Assembly: GCF_009914755.1 (NCBI RefSeq)
Contig: NC_060926.1
Length of the DNA stretch: 64,000 bases
From: the human T2T-CHM13v2.0 reference genome, Homo sapiens
Reading direction: 5' to 3' (one strand)
This document shows, in pieces, positions 28,433 to 44,951 of this stretch. A program made the position numbers and the translations under genes. The notes beneath the pieces were generated by a model. That model did not search any database, had not been told where the DNA came from, and saw only the letters and a list, made by a program, of their open reading frames with translations. Numbering within the stretch: the first letter of the stretch is position 1; the number at the start of each line of letters is the position of its first letter.

Positions 28433-29257
28433 TTAATATAAAAGGAGATACCAGTGTTAAAAACATTAGACGACTAGACAAAGACATTAAACAGACTGTT
28501 ACTTGATATAAGCTTGAATTTCATTACTTAGTTTACTCTAATAATTTTCAATTATTTCCATTGAATCTACACCCAGAACCTTTTAAATAATTTTTTTCTC
28601 TTTATTTTTCCCTCAAGAAAATGTCAACTGTGATAGCTCTCTATACCCAGGGCATCTCATTTCTTCAATTTTAAATTGGGTCTCTCTAGGGTTTTACTTC
28701 ATTCAGTCACCAGTAAGTCTTTTTCTTTTCCCAAGTAACTTAAAATATCCACTTAAAATCAGCAATTCCCTATTCCACCTCCACTAACTTGTCCCAATAG
28801 AGTTAAAATCAAACTTGTTTAGTTTAAACTGAGATTATCTGAAAAATCAAAGAATGCCAAGGCTTCTAGAACAGTGCTGACCTCAAAGATAGAAAACAAA
28901 TTAGCATCAAAATAGTAACCCCTCAAAACTAGGAAAAGATAAAAACAGACAAGTTAATTCAAAACTTAGGAGATCAGATCCATAAATAGTAAGAAGTCCA
29001 TATAGCTCACGACTAAGAAAGAAGTGCTGTAACAAAGACTAATAGTTTCACTTTAAAATCTAGACTTAGAATTCACAGAAGACAAAAAAGACAAAAATAA
29101 AGAGAAGGTAAGAGTGGACAGCATTAAAGCTGAGAAGTGAAAGACTCCAGGAAACAATATATGTCCATATATATATATATTTCCATAAAAGTGTTTGTAA
29201 ATGACAGAATTCAGCACTTAAAAGTTCAGCTCATCTTTCCTAGTCACTAAATTGTAA

Positions 29258-30479
<1,222 letters not shown>

Positions 30480-31431
30480 GGAAAATATTCAGTGTACTTT
30501 ATGGATTGTTCAATTACTCTTTGATAATATTTAAAAACACTACAGTATTTCAAAAATTCTTAAGTTACACAAATACCATAAAAATAGCTCTAAACAGAAC
30601 ACATTACTTCTCAATTTATATAACTCCACTTCAGCTACATTAGTTCTCTGCACAAAACACAAGAGTGAAAAAGATATCATTTCTAAATATAGCATATGAT
30701 ACTATTTCTACCAACCCAAGGAAAGCACCAAAGTGGGTCAAGTATTTTCCTATCATACTTTTAAAAATTTGCATAAAAAATAGAAACTGGCACTAATTTC
30801 TCACAGTTAAAGAGTGCTATAATAAAACATAAAGCAAACAGCTGCCAAAGCCACATGTCTGATTTGGGGTGAGGTGGCATGGGGGCTGGGGATTTGACTT
30901 GAATAAGCATAGGTCTCTGACCCATGAGGCTCAAAAGAGGTACAAAAAACACCCCAAAGGTTTAATACCCTGATTTTATAGAGATTAGATACTATGTTCA
31001 TTAGCATTAAATTCAAAGGAATAATTAAATAGGGTACTTTTTCTTAGATAAAATCATTAGTTTTTCTTAAGTTCATCAAAAATGGGGTTAAAAAATCTAG
31101 AAAAAAAATTAAAAAGGTAAACATGCTGCTTAAAATGAATCACAAACAGAGAAGTCTCAAAATGAATGAATGATAAGGAGTTTTTTAAATTTTTAAAAGA
31201 TTAGAGGTTGCTTCTCAAAGCAGATTTCCAACAGCCACTAAATTTTACTTAAAACATAAAAATTCTAAAGAGAAAGGAGAGAAATTCAAACCCCTTCCTT
31301 TAGGGAAGCAGTGAGCTGCTTCCCTAAAGCAGCTCACTGGAGATCACTGATTTAAAGGGTTCCCAATGACGCTACCAAGCACTTGTGCTTGTTTCAGAGG
31401 CAAGTATGTATCATAAAGAATACTCTAATGT

Positions 31432-31935
31432 TCCTTCATGCATTCAGCACACACTTACTGAACACTCAGTATGTGCCAAACACTGTTCTCAATGCTAGGG
31501 CTACTATAGTAAACAGAAGAGCCAGCCCCTGCCCTCACACAGTTTATATTCTAGTTGAGAGGGGAAAACAACACAAGAAAATAAAAATACATTACATCAA
31601 ATGAGAAATAGTATGGTACAACACACCAGGGGAAGGGGGTTAGACAGCACTGGGAGGTTGCTATTTACTGTGCAGTGGCACAGAGCCCTCTCTGCTAAGA
31701 CGATGCTAGAGCTGGGTCTGAAGGGTGTGAGGAAGCTGGCCATGGGAACATCTAGTTCCTGGAAAAAAAAAAAAAAACTAAACAAGTGGTGCTGCACACC
31801 TGAAATGAGAGTATGTTTGGTGGACTCAAGACACAGTAAGGCAGCCCATGTGACTGAAAAAGAGTGAGTGAAGAAGAGACTGGTAGTGGCTGGGGGAAGG
31901 TATATTCCAGAGGTTCCATCTTTAAGGACTGCACA
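31432..31935 (-). mobile_element. L2 fragment (3' end)
   Basis: 'cattcagcacacacttactgaacactcagtatgtgccaaacactgttct...ccctgccctcacacagtttatattctag' is a typical L2 tail; boundaries approximate. Confidence 0.65.
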
Positions 31936-33129
31936 TTAAGAAACTACCCTTTAAACCTGAAGGACTTGATATTATCTTTTCCTTAGCCAAGTACCAACCA
32001 TTAAGACAGTAAATAGTAAAACTCAAAAGGCCATGTCTACATGACATGCCCAAAGTATAGGTCTCTTCCATGTAATAAAAACCCTCCTTTTCTGAAAGGC
32101 ACTGCCACCCCCAGACTCCAAGAATACCATAAAGATATCTTTATTCTTGACACATTTAAAGTAATCATTTTCCAGCTTTTACATAAAAGGAACATCAGCA
32201 AAGGACAACTTGGTTATGCTATGCTCTGTCAGACTTCAAGTACAAATGAAGAAAACAAGTCAATTTATAGTTGCTGAGTACGGTGGGACTGAATTGAGTA
32301 CCGACCTAAGTTTTAAGAAATGTGAGTTTTAACTGGTCCATTAATAAAGAAAAAAACAACCTTTTTTTTTTTTTAATGGCTGGTTAACCCTGGGGCAAAT
32401 CATAGCCTCTTTAGGTCTCACTTTTCTCATTTGTAAAGTGAGAAAATTAAACTGCTGATTTCTAGCTTCTCTTCCAATTCATTACCAAAACTATAGTTTG
32501 GAACAGATTTATAAGGCTGAAGTCTAAAGCAGAAGACATAGGGTTTTCAAGATATGAAAGCAACTAGCTCATGAAAGCATCTATGAGAGTATCAAACTGT
32601 AGCTACCTTAGGCTACCTCCTTATCTTAAACAATGGCATCTACTACTACTCTTGTGAATGATCCTTGACCTCAGCTCCTCCCTTTCTGTTACTTTCCCCC
32701 ATCTGAGCAGTACTGGGATCTGGTGAGTCTACCAACTCTCTCTAAAACTCTTCTTCTTCTCTCCATCCCCACATAACTACCATCTATAATTCCAGTCCTC
32801 AGCATTTCAAACCTGGTCTCCACTACTGCAGCCTCCCAATCAGCCTTCAGTCTCTTCCTACTCCCAGCTAGCCTGCAGACAGTCCTATTTCAGTTATAAA
32901 CACACTGAAGGTACCCTATTAAGTCTAAACTCGTATCAGGGAATTTAAGGCTTTTCACAATCTGGTCCCAACCTAACCCTTTACCCTGAATCCCTCTTAA
33001 ACACACGTCATACTCCTCTCACAGTAAATGCTATAGTTTCTCAAATTCCTAAGGTCCTTTATGCCTCCTTGTCTCTGAGCAGCTGTTCCTTAGATTTGGG
33101 CTGCCATTCTCACTTTGTACACCTGACTG

Positions 33130-33600
33130 CAGTGGGGAATGTTGGCTGTTACACTCAAAATCTATTGCTCACTTCCTCCACACTAACAGAAGCCCAGTTT
33201 TGTTCAGGTAGCCCCCCTTTCAAAGACTGACCCTAACCTCCAGCCCCAGGAGGGGCTGTCAAAATCAATTTCTGACAATAAGACACAGGGGAAGTCCACG
33301 GAAAGGCTTCAGGGAAAGACTTTAGTGTCTCTTTTTCAGTTGGCCACTGTCATATCTAGAATTGTGGCAATCATTCGACAACCATTAAAGGAAACTTCTT
33401 AGTGAGGACAAATCCCCCAAACTGAGGATGGCAAGGTAAAGAGATACAAAGAATTTGGTTCCTTGATGCAACCACTAAGTGCTAAATTAAGCAAATGCAG
33501 AGCTATCCTGCATTGGGATTAATTCTATATAAAGTAATAAATTGTCTTCAAGCATTTGAGAAAAGGTTTTCTGTTACTGGCAGCCAACAGCATTCTATTA
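33130..33600 (+). mobile_element. Old MaLR LTR (MLT1J/K-like) within L2 remnants (~32700-34840)
   Basis: MLT1-like 3' end 'ggttttctgttactggcagccaacagcattcta'; boundaries approximate. Confidence 0.55.
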
Positions 33601-33653
33601 GACACTCTGCTAAAATGTTTACCCTGAAAGACTTAGGACACCTTTCTCTGTGA

Positions 33654-34076
<423 letters not shown>

Positions 34077-35014
34077 TGATTCTACTGTATATTTTTATAG
34101 CTTATTTTACAAATTTATTACAATGTACAGTAAAAGTTTTTATATCTGAAATCCCTGCTAAGCTATGGGTTCCTAAGAAACAGGCATTCTTTCCACTTTA
34201 TCTCTAGCTTGTACCTCTCTCCTAAGCTCCAGACTTTCATATCCAATTATCTATTCGATATCTCCATTTCATGTTTTACAGACATCAAATTGGCACATAG
34301 AACTATTGATTTCCTTCTCCATGGCAACAAATGGCATTACCATCTATTTCCCTGCTAAGGTCATACTTATTCCATTCTTTTCCCACACTTCATATGTAAT
34401 CTATCCGAAAGTCCCGTTTTGATGCTCGCTAGTCTCCAGCAATAACAAACTTCTTTCTAACCTTCCAACATACCAGCCTCATTCACTGAAGGGCCTATAC
34501 ACTGTGTCCTCCAGATAGTCACCTGGCAGCCTCCTCACTTCAACATTCAGGCTTCAATTCAAATCAGTGCTTTAAGGCTCCACTCTGTGACCCTAGCTAA
34601 AGCAATGGCCTTGCAGAAGCCCACTACCTCCACCCAACGACACTCTACAACATCTTCGAAACACTCATGTCTAAGTGTCTGAAATTATTTTATTTATATT
34701 AGTTCAATATTTACAGTTTGTCTCTTTCCTACCTCTCACCAGATGGTAAGCTCCTCCCTGAGAATAAGAGTTCTACCAGTCATATTCATTGTTTTATGAA
34801 TGCTGCCTAAAATACAGAGTGGGCTCAATAAGTATTTCTAGATGGTCGTACTGTGATTATGTCTTTGAATCCACAGTAGCTAATACTCAGGAAGTGCTCA
34901 ATAATTGTTTGGTGAATGTAAGCAATTGGTCAAATGGAAATTTTTCTATTATGTTCCTTTCATAACCAATTTTAATAAAATATATAAATGTCCCAAAGCT
35001 AAATCCATACTTAC

Positions 35015-35123
35015 TACTGAGCAGTGGCTAGCTGAGGATGATTCATTCTTCTCTGGTAGCAGCAATAGCGATTTCATACTTTCATCATCTGTATAATCGA
35101 CAGGCCGCAGACCAAATATATTA
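35015..35123 (-). CDS. BARD1: BARD1 exon 7 (109 nt, last ankyrin repeat and ANK-BRCT linker)
   Basis: Acceptor CCAG|T; encodes [36 protein letters not shown]; donor GTA|GTAAGT. Confidence 0.97.
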
Positions 35124-38100
35124 CTGGTAAAATAAGTGCAGATGTGTTTAAGTAAGTCAAATGTGTGACTCGACTCAATTTTTCAACATCCTTAATAATA
35201 TACAATTTTAACTAAAATAAATTACTCAGAACTCATATTAGGCAGAAGAATCTAGAATCAAAAGCTGCTGAACTCAAAGGAGAAATGATGTAAAATTTCA
35301 GTTTGACATCAGATTATAGGGATTGTTTTTACTGAATATAGTACTATGAATTTTTCACAACTGTATTCTGCATTCTTATTCATATTAAAATATGGCTTCA
35401 TAATCACCAATCACTATAAGTGACAGACTTTCAAATGCCAATAAAAATCATTTACTATAGCTATTATAGGCCATATAGTCTTTATAAACCAATAAAAAAT
35501 TAGATAAATTCACAGGACAGGGATTTTGTTCTACTAGAAGGAAAATTATGCCACATAACAAACAGTTTAATAATATAGTTAACAGGGTACTTTAAAAATT
35601 AATTTAAACATGTGTGCATACAATAACCTATAATAATCACAACCATCGCAGAACAAAGTATTATGGCTCAGAGAGATACAAACTTCTCAGCATGTACTAA
35701 TTCACAAGTCACAGAATGTTACGCTGGAAGAGATTTTAGAGATCCCAGTTTGATCCTGTTCAAGATAAGAAAAAAAAGAGAGAAGAACAAGTTCCAGTGG
35801 CTTAACTAAGGTCATATTCTCCTTGTTCAATTTCACTGAAATTAAATATTGCCCAGCCTAAAGTCTTTCAATTATAAGTAACTTGTTAAAACTAAAGGAC
35901 TTCTGTCTACTATTCTGTTTCCTTACATATGGTTTCAGAATATGATTTAAATACACTATACCATGGCAAGAAGTTTTCAAAATGAGCAATTCTTTTATAG
36001 TCTTCTATGTTTTTTTTAAAGATTATGCTATATTCATATAATGGCCACAGAAGTCCATGTGAAAATCCAATGCAGTAAATGGGACATGAAGTTATAAACA
36101 TGGTATAATACTAATTCTGTAAATTGTATCAAATGTATAGAAAAAGATCTGGAAGGAAACAGAGAGAAACATTAGGGGAAGTGAAAGGTAGAAAAATGCC
36201 AATTCCGTTTGATGCTGCAGAGAGAGATCATGTAGATGAGGGATATAAGCATCTACTGAGTTCACAGACAAGGTCACTAATGACCTTGGTGAAAACTGTT
36301 TTGATGGCAGAGTGGGAAAAGAAAGCTAATGTATTAGAATAAGAAATGAACCACAGCAAATGTTTCTCTAATGACTGCAATTCGTGACTATCAGGTCCAA
36401 TTGCTTTCTTCTTTGGACAGTCCTGGGTAAACACTGACAAGTTTGTATTCTGACTCTTCTTTATGTCCAAGTCCAACAACCTTCCTCTGGCAACAGTCTT
36501 TCTCCAGCCAAGATATAATACAGCGGATTGCATTTCAGCTTTATAATTTAAAACAAAGTGACACATGTCACAGTATACATTTACAGCAGACAATCTCAGG
36601 GTATTTTAAAAGAAACTCATCCGCTATTCTTGATACTTCCTAATTCATTCTCTAAATTATTATGCTCATATACCAACTACACAATCTCCTCACCCACATA
36701 TGCTATACATATGACAATCAAAAAATAGAAATCTGAGTTGAAGAACCAATGTTCTAGGTCTTAAACCACCAAGTGCAAAAATGAATAAACAAAACAACAA
36801 CAACATATAATGGCCACATTATATGCCATCCAAAAAAAAAAATCATAACTGCATAGCCATGATTGCACCATGGTACTCCAGCCTGATCAAGAGATACTGT
36901 TTCAACAAAAAAAGAAAAAATGAGAAAAAAAAAAATCCATGCATACACTAGGACTTTTTGACAGAGACAAACATAGACCTTACACCTCAAAAAAATAAAA
37001 TCTAAGAGCCCAATCAAGTGCACTTTAATGCACAGCAACTGAATCACATTAGCATAGTTATTTTACACATATTTGAAAAAAAGTGCATGATGACAACATG
37101 AAAAACTGTTCAAGTGCTTCTCAAAGTACCACCATCAGCTAGGGAGGAATATAAACCAAAAATCAGCCAGTAAAACATGGTCTAAGCCAGTAAGATGATT
37201 TTACAAAGTGACTACCAGAGTTCCAATTTACATTTAGGATCCTTACTATACAAAGCTTACTATGTCATATGGTCTTAAAACATGTGGTTTCTCTGCTTGG
37301 ATTATGGATGGCTTCTGCTCACACACAATTCACTAAACTCTTAGCCCTCCTGTAACGCTAATGAACTGAATGGCACATTACAAGTGCTACAGATGGAAAG
37401 ATAATCAGTTTACCTCAGTCCTGCATCATGGGAAATAGAGCCTATTAAATCCAGTCATGTTGCTTCTGCTTTGTCATGAACCATTAAAATTTGGAAGTAG
37501 ATGTAAGTTTACATGTGGGACGTTCAAAGACCATAGCAAGAGAAGATGGGGCATGTGTAAGATTTCTTATTATTTGGGCACAATAATGTGTGCTTTCTTC
37601 CCACTGATGTATTTTAACAGACTAACACTTTAGTTAGAGAATTAGTGTGAAAAATCAATTTAAAATACACAGAGGTGGATTTTATTCCCATTGTAAAACT
37701 AATAGGTACTACATACAGGAAAAGTTATGTTGAAATGTATCTCAGGAACTATTAACATGACTTATTACTAAATAGAGAAGTCAGTGATAAATACATTATT
37801 CTTCATCACTATACAAGGGAAGAAGACTCTTTTTTAGATTTACTACATCATGGACTCAAAATAGACATCAATAACTTGATTTGATATTTATTAGAATGGG
37901 TTACTGGGGAAGCTTATAAAATGGCTTTTTCTAAATACACTTAAATATAGTAAATTCTCTCTTTTCTAGCATGATTTAACCTAAAGTTTTACCAAACTAG
38001 GTGTTTTGGAGGGACACATAAGACTTAGAAAAACACTGTCCTTGCCTATAATCCTACTGAGGATAAACGTTCATTCAACAAACAGGTATCAAACTGATAA

Positions 38101-38637
38101 AGTATAAACCCAAACAAGTAATGAGGTGAAATAGAAGATAAGATTTAAATGGCCTTGATCCCAGGACTAGAAACTGGAATATGGTGGTTAACTGTTAAGG
38201 GGCCGTGTAGGGAATAAGCAACATGATTACTGAAATGGATGCAACTGATGGAAGAAAGCTTTCTATCAAACCTTCTAGGCACTGTGTGCTCATGTGTAGA
38301 AACCAAACACAGTATGAAAAACCAATGAAAAAATCAGATATAAAGCAATGAACATTACAGACACAAAGCGTATGTTGCTGTGAAAATGGAAAGGCACATG
38401 TGTCTACTAGCTAAATGACATGGGTCAATGCAACACCAAAATATTTAAAACTATTTTGGAATATATGAAAATGTCGAGATCTTAACTGCTGAATTTACAT
38501 CTAGTACACGACAGTATATTAATATCTTTTACATGTACCACTTTCGACAGTCAGTTCTTTTAATGCCTTATCAACGGACAGTCGCGAATTCAGTGAATTG
38601 CAAATGATTATATGTAGATAATATACTTTACCTCTAC

Positions 38638-39778
38638 TGATAAGGTTTCTATTTGTGTCCCCGCCCAAATCTCATGTCAAATTATAATTCCCAATGCTGG
38701 AGGTGGGGCCTGGTGGGAAGTGACTGGATCATGGGGGCGGATTTCCTCCTTGCTGTTCTTGTGATAGTGATTGAGTCCTCACCAGATCTGGTTGTTTAAA
38801 AGGGTGTAGCACTAATGACCAGGAAAATGCAAATCAAAACCATATTGATACCACCTTACTCCTGCAAGAATGGGCATAATTAAAAAATAAAAAAATAACA
38901 GATGTTGGCATAGATGTGGTAAACAGGGAACACTTCTACACTGTTGGTGGAAATGTAAACTAGTACAACCACTATGGAAAACAGTGGAGATTCCTTAAAG
39001 AACTAAAAGTAGAGCTACCATTTGATCCAGCAATCCCACTACTGGGTGTCTACCCAGAGGAAAAGAAGTCATGATATGAAAAAGATACATGCACATGCAT
39101 GTTTATAGCAGCACAATTTGCAACTGCAAAAATGTGGAACCAACCCAAATGCCCATCAATCAATGAGTGGATAAAGAAACTGTGGTGTATATATACAATA
39201 GAATACCACTCAGCCATAAAAATGAATGAACTAATGGCATTCACAGCAACCTGGATGGGACTGGAGACTATTATTCTAGGTGACGTAACTCAGGAGGGAA
39301 AATCAAACATTGTATGTTCTCATTCATAAGTGGAAGCTAAGCTATGGGGATGCAAAGGCATAAGAATGACACAACAGACTTCACGGACTCAGGGGGAAAA
39401 GGTGGGAAGGTGGTGAAGGATAAAAGACTACAAATTGGGTTCAGTGTGTACTGCTCGGGTGATGGGTACACCACAATCTCACAAATCACCACTAAAAAAC
39501 TTACTTGTGTAACCAAATACCACTTGTTCCCAAAAACCTATGGAAATAAAAAAATTATAATAAATAAATAAATTAAAAGGCTGCAGCACCTCCTCGCCTC
39601 TTCCTCCTGCTCTGACCACGTAAGATGTGCCTGCTTCCCCTTCATCTCCCACCATGACTGTAAGTTTCCTGAGGCCCTTCCTGTATAGCCTGGGGAGCCA
39701 TGAGCCAATTAAACCTCTTTTCCTTATAAATTACCCAGTCTCAGGTGTTTCACAGCAGTATGAAAAGGGACTAATACA
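38638..39778 (+). mobile_element. MSTA/MSTB MaLR solo LTR split by an L1PB insertion
   Basis: Runs tgataaggttt...ccaaatctcatg to ...gactaataca. 5-bp TSD tctac/tatac. The two halves are 38638-38812 and 39575-39778. Confidence 0.85.
38813..39574 (+). mobile_element. 5'-truncated L1PB1/L1PB2
   Basis: ORF2 end and L1PB 3' UTR; 15-bp TSD aaaagg(g/c)tg(t/c)agcac at 38798-38812 and 39575-39589. Confidence 0.88.
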
Positions 39779-40709
39779 TATACTGAATCCTAAAAATTCA
39801 AAGGCTCTAATTTTTTTTCTGTTCCTTGACAACACAGTACACTGGCAGATTTCACCAGTTTTTTTTTTTTCTAATGTACTCTTGCGCTATTCCTTTACCT
39901 ATGATTTTAAATCATAATGTGGAAAATATGCTTTATAAAATCTTTAAAGATATGACTGGAGATTTTACATTTTAAAATCTTGAACAGACAATCCAGGTGT
40001 TCATGTGTCATTGCTTTTTGCTATCTAAAATGTAGTATGAAATACTGGATGATTTGTTACTGATGTTGATAGAACCTATGTGAAAATGGATATATGTATT
40101 AATATACATAATGCATGATATATATATTGCATATATCAGAAGTAGCAATAATCGTTTATTTATTTAACACACATGGAATGAATATATTTGTATAAACAAG
40201 TAGGGGGAAAAGTCACAAACTCTGTTTTGCAATTAGTTTGGAAAATAGTCATCATTCAGCAAATACTTTGAAAAAAATGTACCAACAACTTTTGGCACTA
40301 TAGAAACAATGTCCTCACAGAACTCAGAGGAGGAAAGCAGAGAGGCACACAGAAAAGGTTTTGCAGTCTGGTAAAGCTCCCCAGACCTGAAAGGGTAAGG
40401 AAGAAAAGCGGGTACACAAACAGAATAAGAATATCCTAGCAGACAGAAAAGTGTGTGAAGGACTTTAAGTGAGATAGCACTTAGAACTTTTTAGAACCAC
40501 CAAAAAAAAAGGAAAAAAGGGGGTAAAGGGAGAGTGAGAGAAAGAGAGGGAATGTACCACAGGAATATGAGGTACTCTCGAACTGTAAGCTATGGTCAGA
40601 TTATATAAGAACAAAGAGGAGGTGTTAAAGAGTTGGACTTCCTCCCAAAGGCAATAAGAAACCCTGAACAGCTTCCTAAATCATTGTAAGCAGGAGGGAT
40701 GGCATCAAC

Positions 40710-40957
40710 GTAGCATGGTAGTTAAGAGTTGGGGTTACCGAATAAGACTGCCTGAACTTACATTTCAGCCCTGCCACTCAAAAGTCTTATGACTTTACAC
40801 GAATTACTTAAATCCCGTGCCTGTTTCCTCATTTATAAGATGGAAATAATAACACTATCTATTTTACAGGATTGTTGCCAGAATCAAATGAATACATCAA
40901 AAGCATTTAAAACAGTACCTAGCATATATGAACAGCTCAATAACTGCCATTATATTA
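40710..40957 (+). mobile_element. MIR, near full length
   Basis: 'agcatggtagttaagag...cctgtttcctcatttataagatggaaataata...acagtacctagcatat...ctcaataa'. Confidence 0.75.
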
Positions 40958-42711
40958 CTGTATTGGATTTGCATTTTTGGAAGACAGATACAGAATGAAG
41001 ATAAGGGAACAAAATAAGTTATGTCTGGAGCATTAACCTCATATCTTCATTTTCCCCAATTTTATGATACAATTGATGCATGTTTTTCATGATAATCTGG
41101 AAGTTTACTAAGGGAAAGTATAGAATTATGTCTTCTTAACAACATTCTAAGAGTAGATTTTCATTTTCCCATGTGGCACTATCTAAAGAGTATGAACCAC
41201 ATAACTCTGAAAATCCTTTTCCTAACTAGGAATCCTTCTGATCCTGAAGATGAGGAAAAGGAAGTACTTATGAAAGGGCTAAACTGTGGTGTTCAATGTT
41301 TCAGTTTTGTCCCAAAGGCCACATTCAGGATGCAGTATAACCTTTTAATATCCTTTTCCCCTCAGTAATAATATGGCAGACACCTGCCTACAATGGTGAT
41401 CTGAATTCATTACACCACTAATAAAAGAGAGAAAGGAGAGATGGGCAAATTTAAACTTGTACTTGCATGTACAGACCATCCAAACTGCAAAAACATATGC
41501 AAAAAGGCATTTTTACTAATACTAAATCTATCACGCATGACAGGATACCAAGAGAGTTCATGAATGAAACCCTTCATGAATAACTACAAAACTGCAAACA
41601 TATAGATTTAATTTTTCAAGTCACTTTGCTTGCTATGGAGCAGGATAAAGCAGAGTAATTCAAACTAGCAACATGGGTTTTTAAAGCTATAAAACATAAA
41701 TTATCTCTGGCAATTAATTTTTTAAAATTAACCTAGGGCAGTGGGACAATTAATAGGTCCAATGGTCCATGTAATATTTTCTACTTCAGAATTCAACATC
41801 CTTCCAAGGAAAACTGTTAATGGCAGATCAAGTACCACATTCTAAAATCCTACATATCCATTAAAAATAAAAAAAAAGAAGCACATGTTATTCGCCACAC
41901 ACTCAAAATGGTTCTCATGTGACCGTAAGAGCTGTGGTTCTAGCTTCACACTGGGATGTACAGAGGGCAGTGGGGAAGACAGATTACCAATGATGTTTTG
42001 AACAGTTATAAATACTCCCAGACAACAAAGATTATAAATCTTTTTTTCATGATCTAGGGTTAAAACAGAACTGACTTTCTTATTGTTTTAGCTCACAAAA
42101 GGTACTTTTTTTATGCAAAAAAAAATTAAGGGTTAAATGACTTAATACTGTTATTTAAATGCAAGACATATAAAAACAGTAAGTTGCCAGAATATTAGAG
42201 TTAAATCAAAACAAAAGAGAAAGTATGAAGTAGATATATGACTTTCCACTGTACATTCGAATCCTCCATAATTATAAAGATTTAGGGCCCAAAAACATTG
42301 CAGTAGGAAAATTAATAAAGAACACAGCCTCTATGGGAAAAAATAGGATTGGGAGACTTCACTGGTGAACTATAAAAGCTCATTTAATTTAAAATTAAAT
42401 AGTGAAGATGGCAAATAAAGAGTATCATTGACTTTAAATTCATACCACAATATGGTTAATTCTTAGCTATTTTGCCTTGCCTTATAAGGTTTCAAGATTT
42501 CCCTCCACCAATATTCAATAGGACGCTTTTAAATTCACTTGGCTTTGCAGCAGATAATACTCCATTCTTTTTCCTATGTCTAGTCTTCCACACACATTCA
42601 ATGTCTAACTTATATGACTGAGTTGGTTACTGTCCCCACTTCCTGGGCTACAAAAAAAGCTCTCAGTTATCTTTATATTTTATATGTCACTACTGAAAAG
42701 GTACTTCTTAA

Positions 42712-43061
<350 letters not shown>

Positions 43062-43315
43062 AATAACTTATTAATAATGCCAGAACATGTATCAGGATAA
43101 AACCTGGATTACTTAGCCCTCTTATACAAGCCTTCCTCTCTCCCAGTGACATCCGAGACTAACTCTATGGCTGGATTTTGTCTTAGTTTTTCTTCTCTCT
43201 CCTAGGGCTGCATTACAAAAATATTTACTCTTCTAATTCAAACTAATATTCTTACAGTAACAGGAAAGTTATAAAGTTAATCAAAATCACAGCCTCAGAT
43301 AAAACGTCAAAATAG

Positions 43316-43605
<290 letters not shown>

Positions 43606-44124
43606 TCCACAGGGACTTTTTAAGGATGAACTTGATGGGATAAAAAAAAAAAGTCCATTTTCTCTTTAGTGTCTGTATTTTATTATGAATACACTGGTAT
43701 ATCAGAGTGATTACTACTAATAACAAAACTAGAGAGATCTCCAAAAATTATATAATATGTGAGTTATCAAAATAGATACTGTTATGCTAAGTTGGCAGGG
43801 GGCAGGATATTTCCAGAAGACATTCTATTCATGTTCCAGAGAAGAGGAAAGGTAAAAAGAAAAAAAAAAAAAGCATTCTGATTACTTTTTAGAAACTATG
43901 AGTATAATTTTGGTATCAAAATCCGAGGCAAAAAAATGAAAGATAAAAATCACAAATCACTCTAACTTATAATCATAAATGCAAAATTCCTAAAACCCTA
44001 GCAAATTCATGTAAAATTTGTGTTTAAATGATGCACAACACCAAGTCAAGGTTATCCCAGGAATACAAGCATTATTTAATATTTTTAAATGTATTAACAA
44101 CATCAATAGTCAAAAAAGCATAAG

Positions 44125-44216
44125 CTTTGGGAGGCTGAGGTGGGAGGATCGCTTGAGCCCTGGAGTTCAAGACCAGCTTGGGCAACACAGTGAGACCCTA
44201 TCTCAAAAACAAAAAC
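44125..44216 (+). mobile_element. 5'-truncated FLAM/Alu monomer
   Basis: Left-arm-type monomer with A tail; TSD aaaaaag(c/t)ataag. Confidence 0.75.
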
Positions 44217-44626
44217 AAAAAAAGTATAAGATCATCTCTGCAGAAGCTGAAAATCATTCAATAAAATAAAATACAGTCTTGTTAGAAAATAATAAAGGGA
44301 AGAAAGCTTCCACAGGGCAATAAAGAACATTAATCTTTGTATTTAATATGGATATTAGTATTGACTATAACTCTATGGGTCAGTACTTTTTTAAAAAAGG
44401 AAGAACAAAACAAGCAAGCCAACTATCATCATTATTGCATCATTCTGGAAGCACTGACAAATGCAATAAGAAATAGAAGTTAATAAATGATAATTAGATC
44501 TTTAGAATTAGGTGTTGACTGGATAGAAACGTACTAAATCAACAGCTCTCCTATATATCAAGAATAACAAATTATATTTATTAACACAATATCCAGTTTA
44601 CTAGCAACAAATAATCAAATACTATA

Positions 44627-44951
44627 CAGGTTGAGCATTGCTAATCCAAAAATCTGAAATTTGCAACGCTCCAAAATTGGAAACTTTTTGAGCACCAATA
44701 TGACACAAGCGGAAAATTCCAAACACAGTACTTAAAAAACCATTTTAATGCATAAAATTGTTTAAAATATTGTATAAAATTACCTTCAGGCTATGTGTAT
44801 AAAATGTTTATGAAACACAGATAAATTTCACATTTAGTCTTGAGAACCATCCCTAAGACATCTCATTACGTATATGCAAATATTCCAAAATCTGAAAGAA
44901 ATCCCAAATACTTCTGATCCCAAGCATTTTGGGCAAGGGATACTCAGTCTA
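44627..44951 (+). mobile_element. Tigger4-family element
   Basis: TIR caggttgagcattgctaatcc ... gggatactcagtcta with TA TSDs. Confidence 0.8.
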
